Shown here in pieces: positions 63,995 to 64,000 of a DNA stretch of 64,000 nucleotides. The translations under genes and the position numbers were made by a program. How positions within the stretch are numbered: position 1 is the stretch's first letter; every line of letters starts with the position of its first letter. A model generated the notes under the pieces. The model was not told the origin of the DNA and made no database searches. It saw only the letters and a list, made by a program, of their open reading frames with translations. The DNA lies in the NCBI GenBank assembly GCA_000165345.1, contig CM000430.1:416001-480000 (forward strand). The letters are read 5' to 3'.

Positions 63995-64000
63995 CTCTGG

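Noticed and set aside
1-64000. tRNA genes, rRNA, CRISPR arrays, transposons or long repeats.
   Set aside because: I scanned intergenic spacers for T-loop/GTTCGA-type signatures, direct repeats and inverted terminal repeats and found nothing convincing. All long spacers look like AT-rich promoter or UTR sequence.

Overview
This window is eukaryotic, not prokaryotic. It is about 70% A+T and very gene-dense, with roughly 31 protein-coding genes in 64 kb. Most genes are single long ORFs; a few contain very short GT..AG introns of about 40-110 nt. The gene content and the known apicomplexan promoter motifs (TGCATGCA, E2F-like TTTGGCGGC) indicate a Cryptosporidium-like apicomplexan chromosome segment. 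Identification rests on conserved motifs I recognise from memory, since I cannot run BLAST. Recognisable genes include TFIIH p52, eRF3, a Fes1/HspBP1 homolog (3 exons), Dis3/Rrp44 exoribonuclease (3 exons), an HMG-box protein, a 1426-aa double-domain phosphofructokinase, Nog2/GNL2 GTPase, a zDHHC palmitoyltransferase, ribosomal protein eL37, proteasome lid subunit Rpn7, a Sestrin-like protein, Rer1 (4 exons), zuotin/DNAJC2, a PP2C phosphatase, a PHO80-like cyclin, glutamate 5-kinase with a PUA domain, a Ser/Thr kinase, a ferlin-like multi-C2 protein, alpha-glucan water dikinase, and a PDCD4-like MA3 protein. There are also several orphan or low-complexity proteins, a tandem pair of secreted paralogs, and a giant multi-pass membrane protein. 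I found no tRNA, rRNA, CRISPR array, transposon or operon-like system, and no evidence of a novel multi-gene system. The most unusual items are a Sestrin homolog in this parasite lineage, a divergent secreted-protein gene pair, an orphan 1818-aa membrane protein, a box C/D-snoRNA-like element upstream of eL37, and a degenerate second catalytic half in the phosphofructokinase. The supplied ORF track misses several multi-exon gene models.
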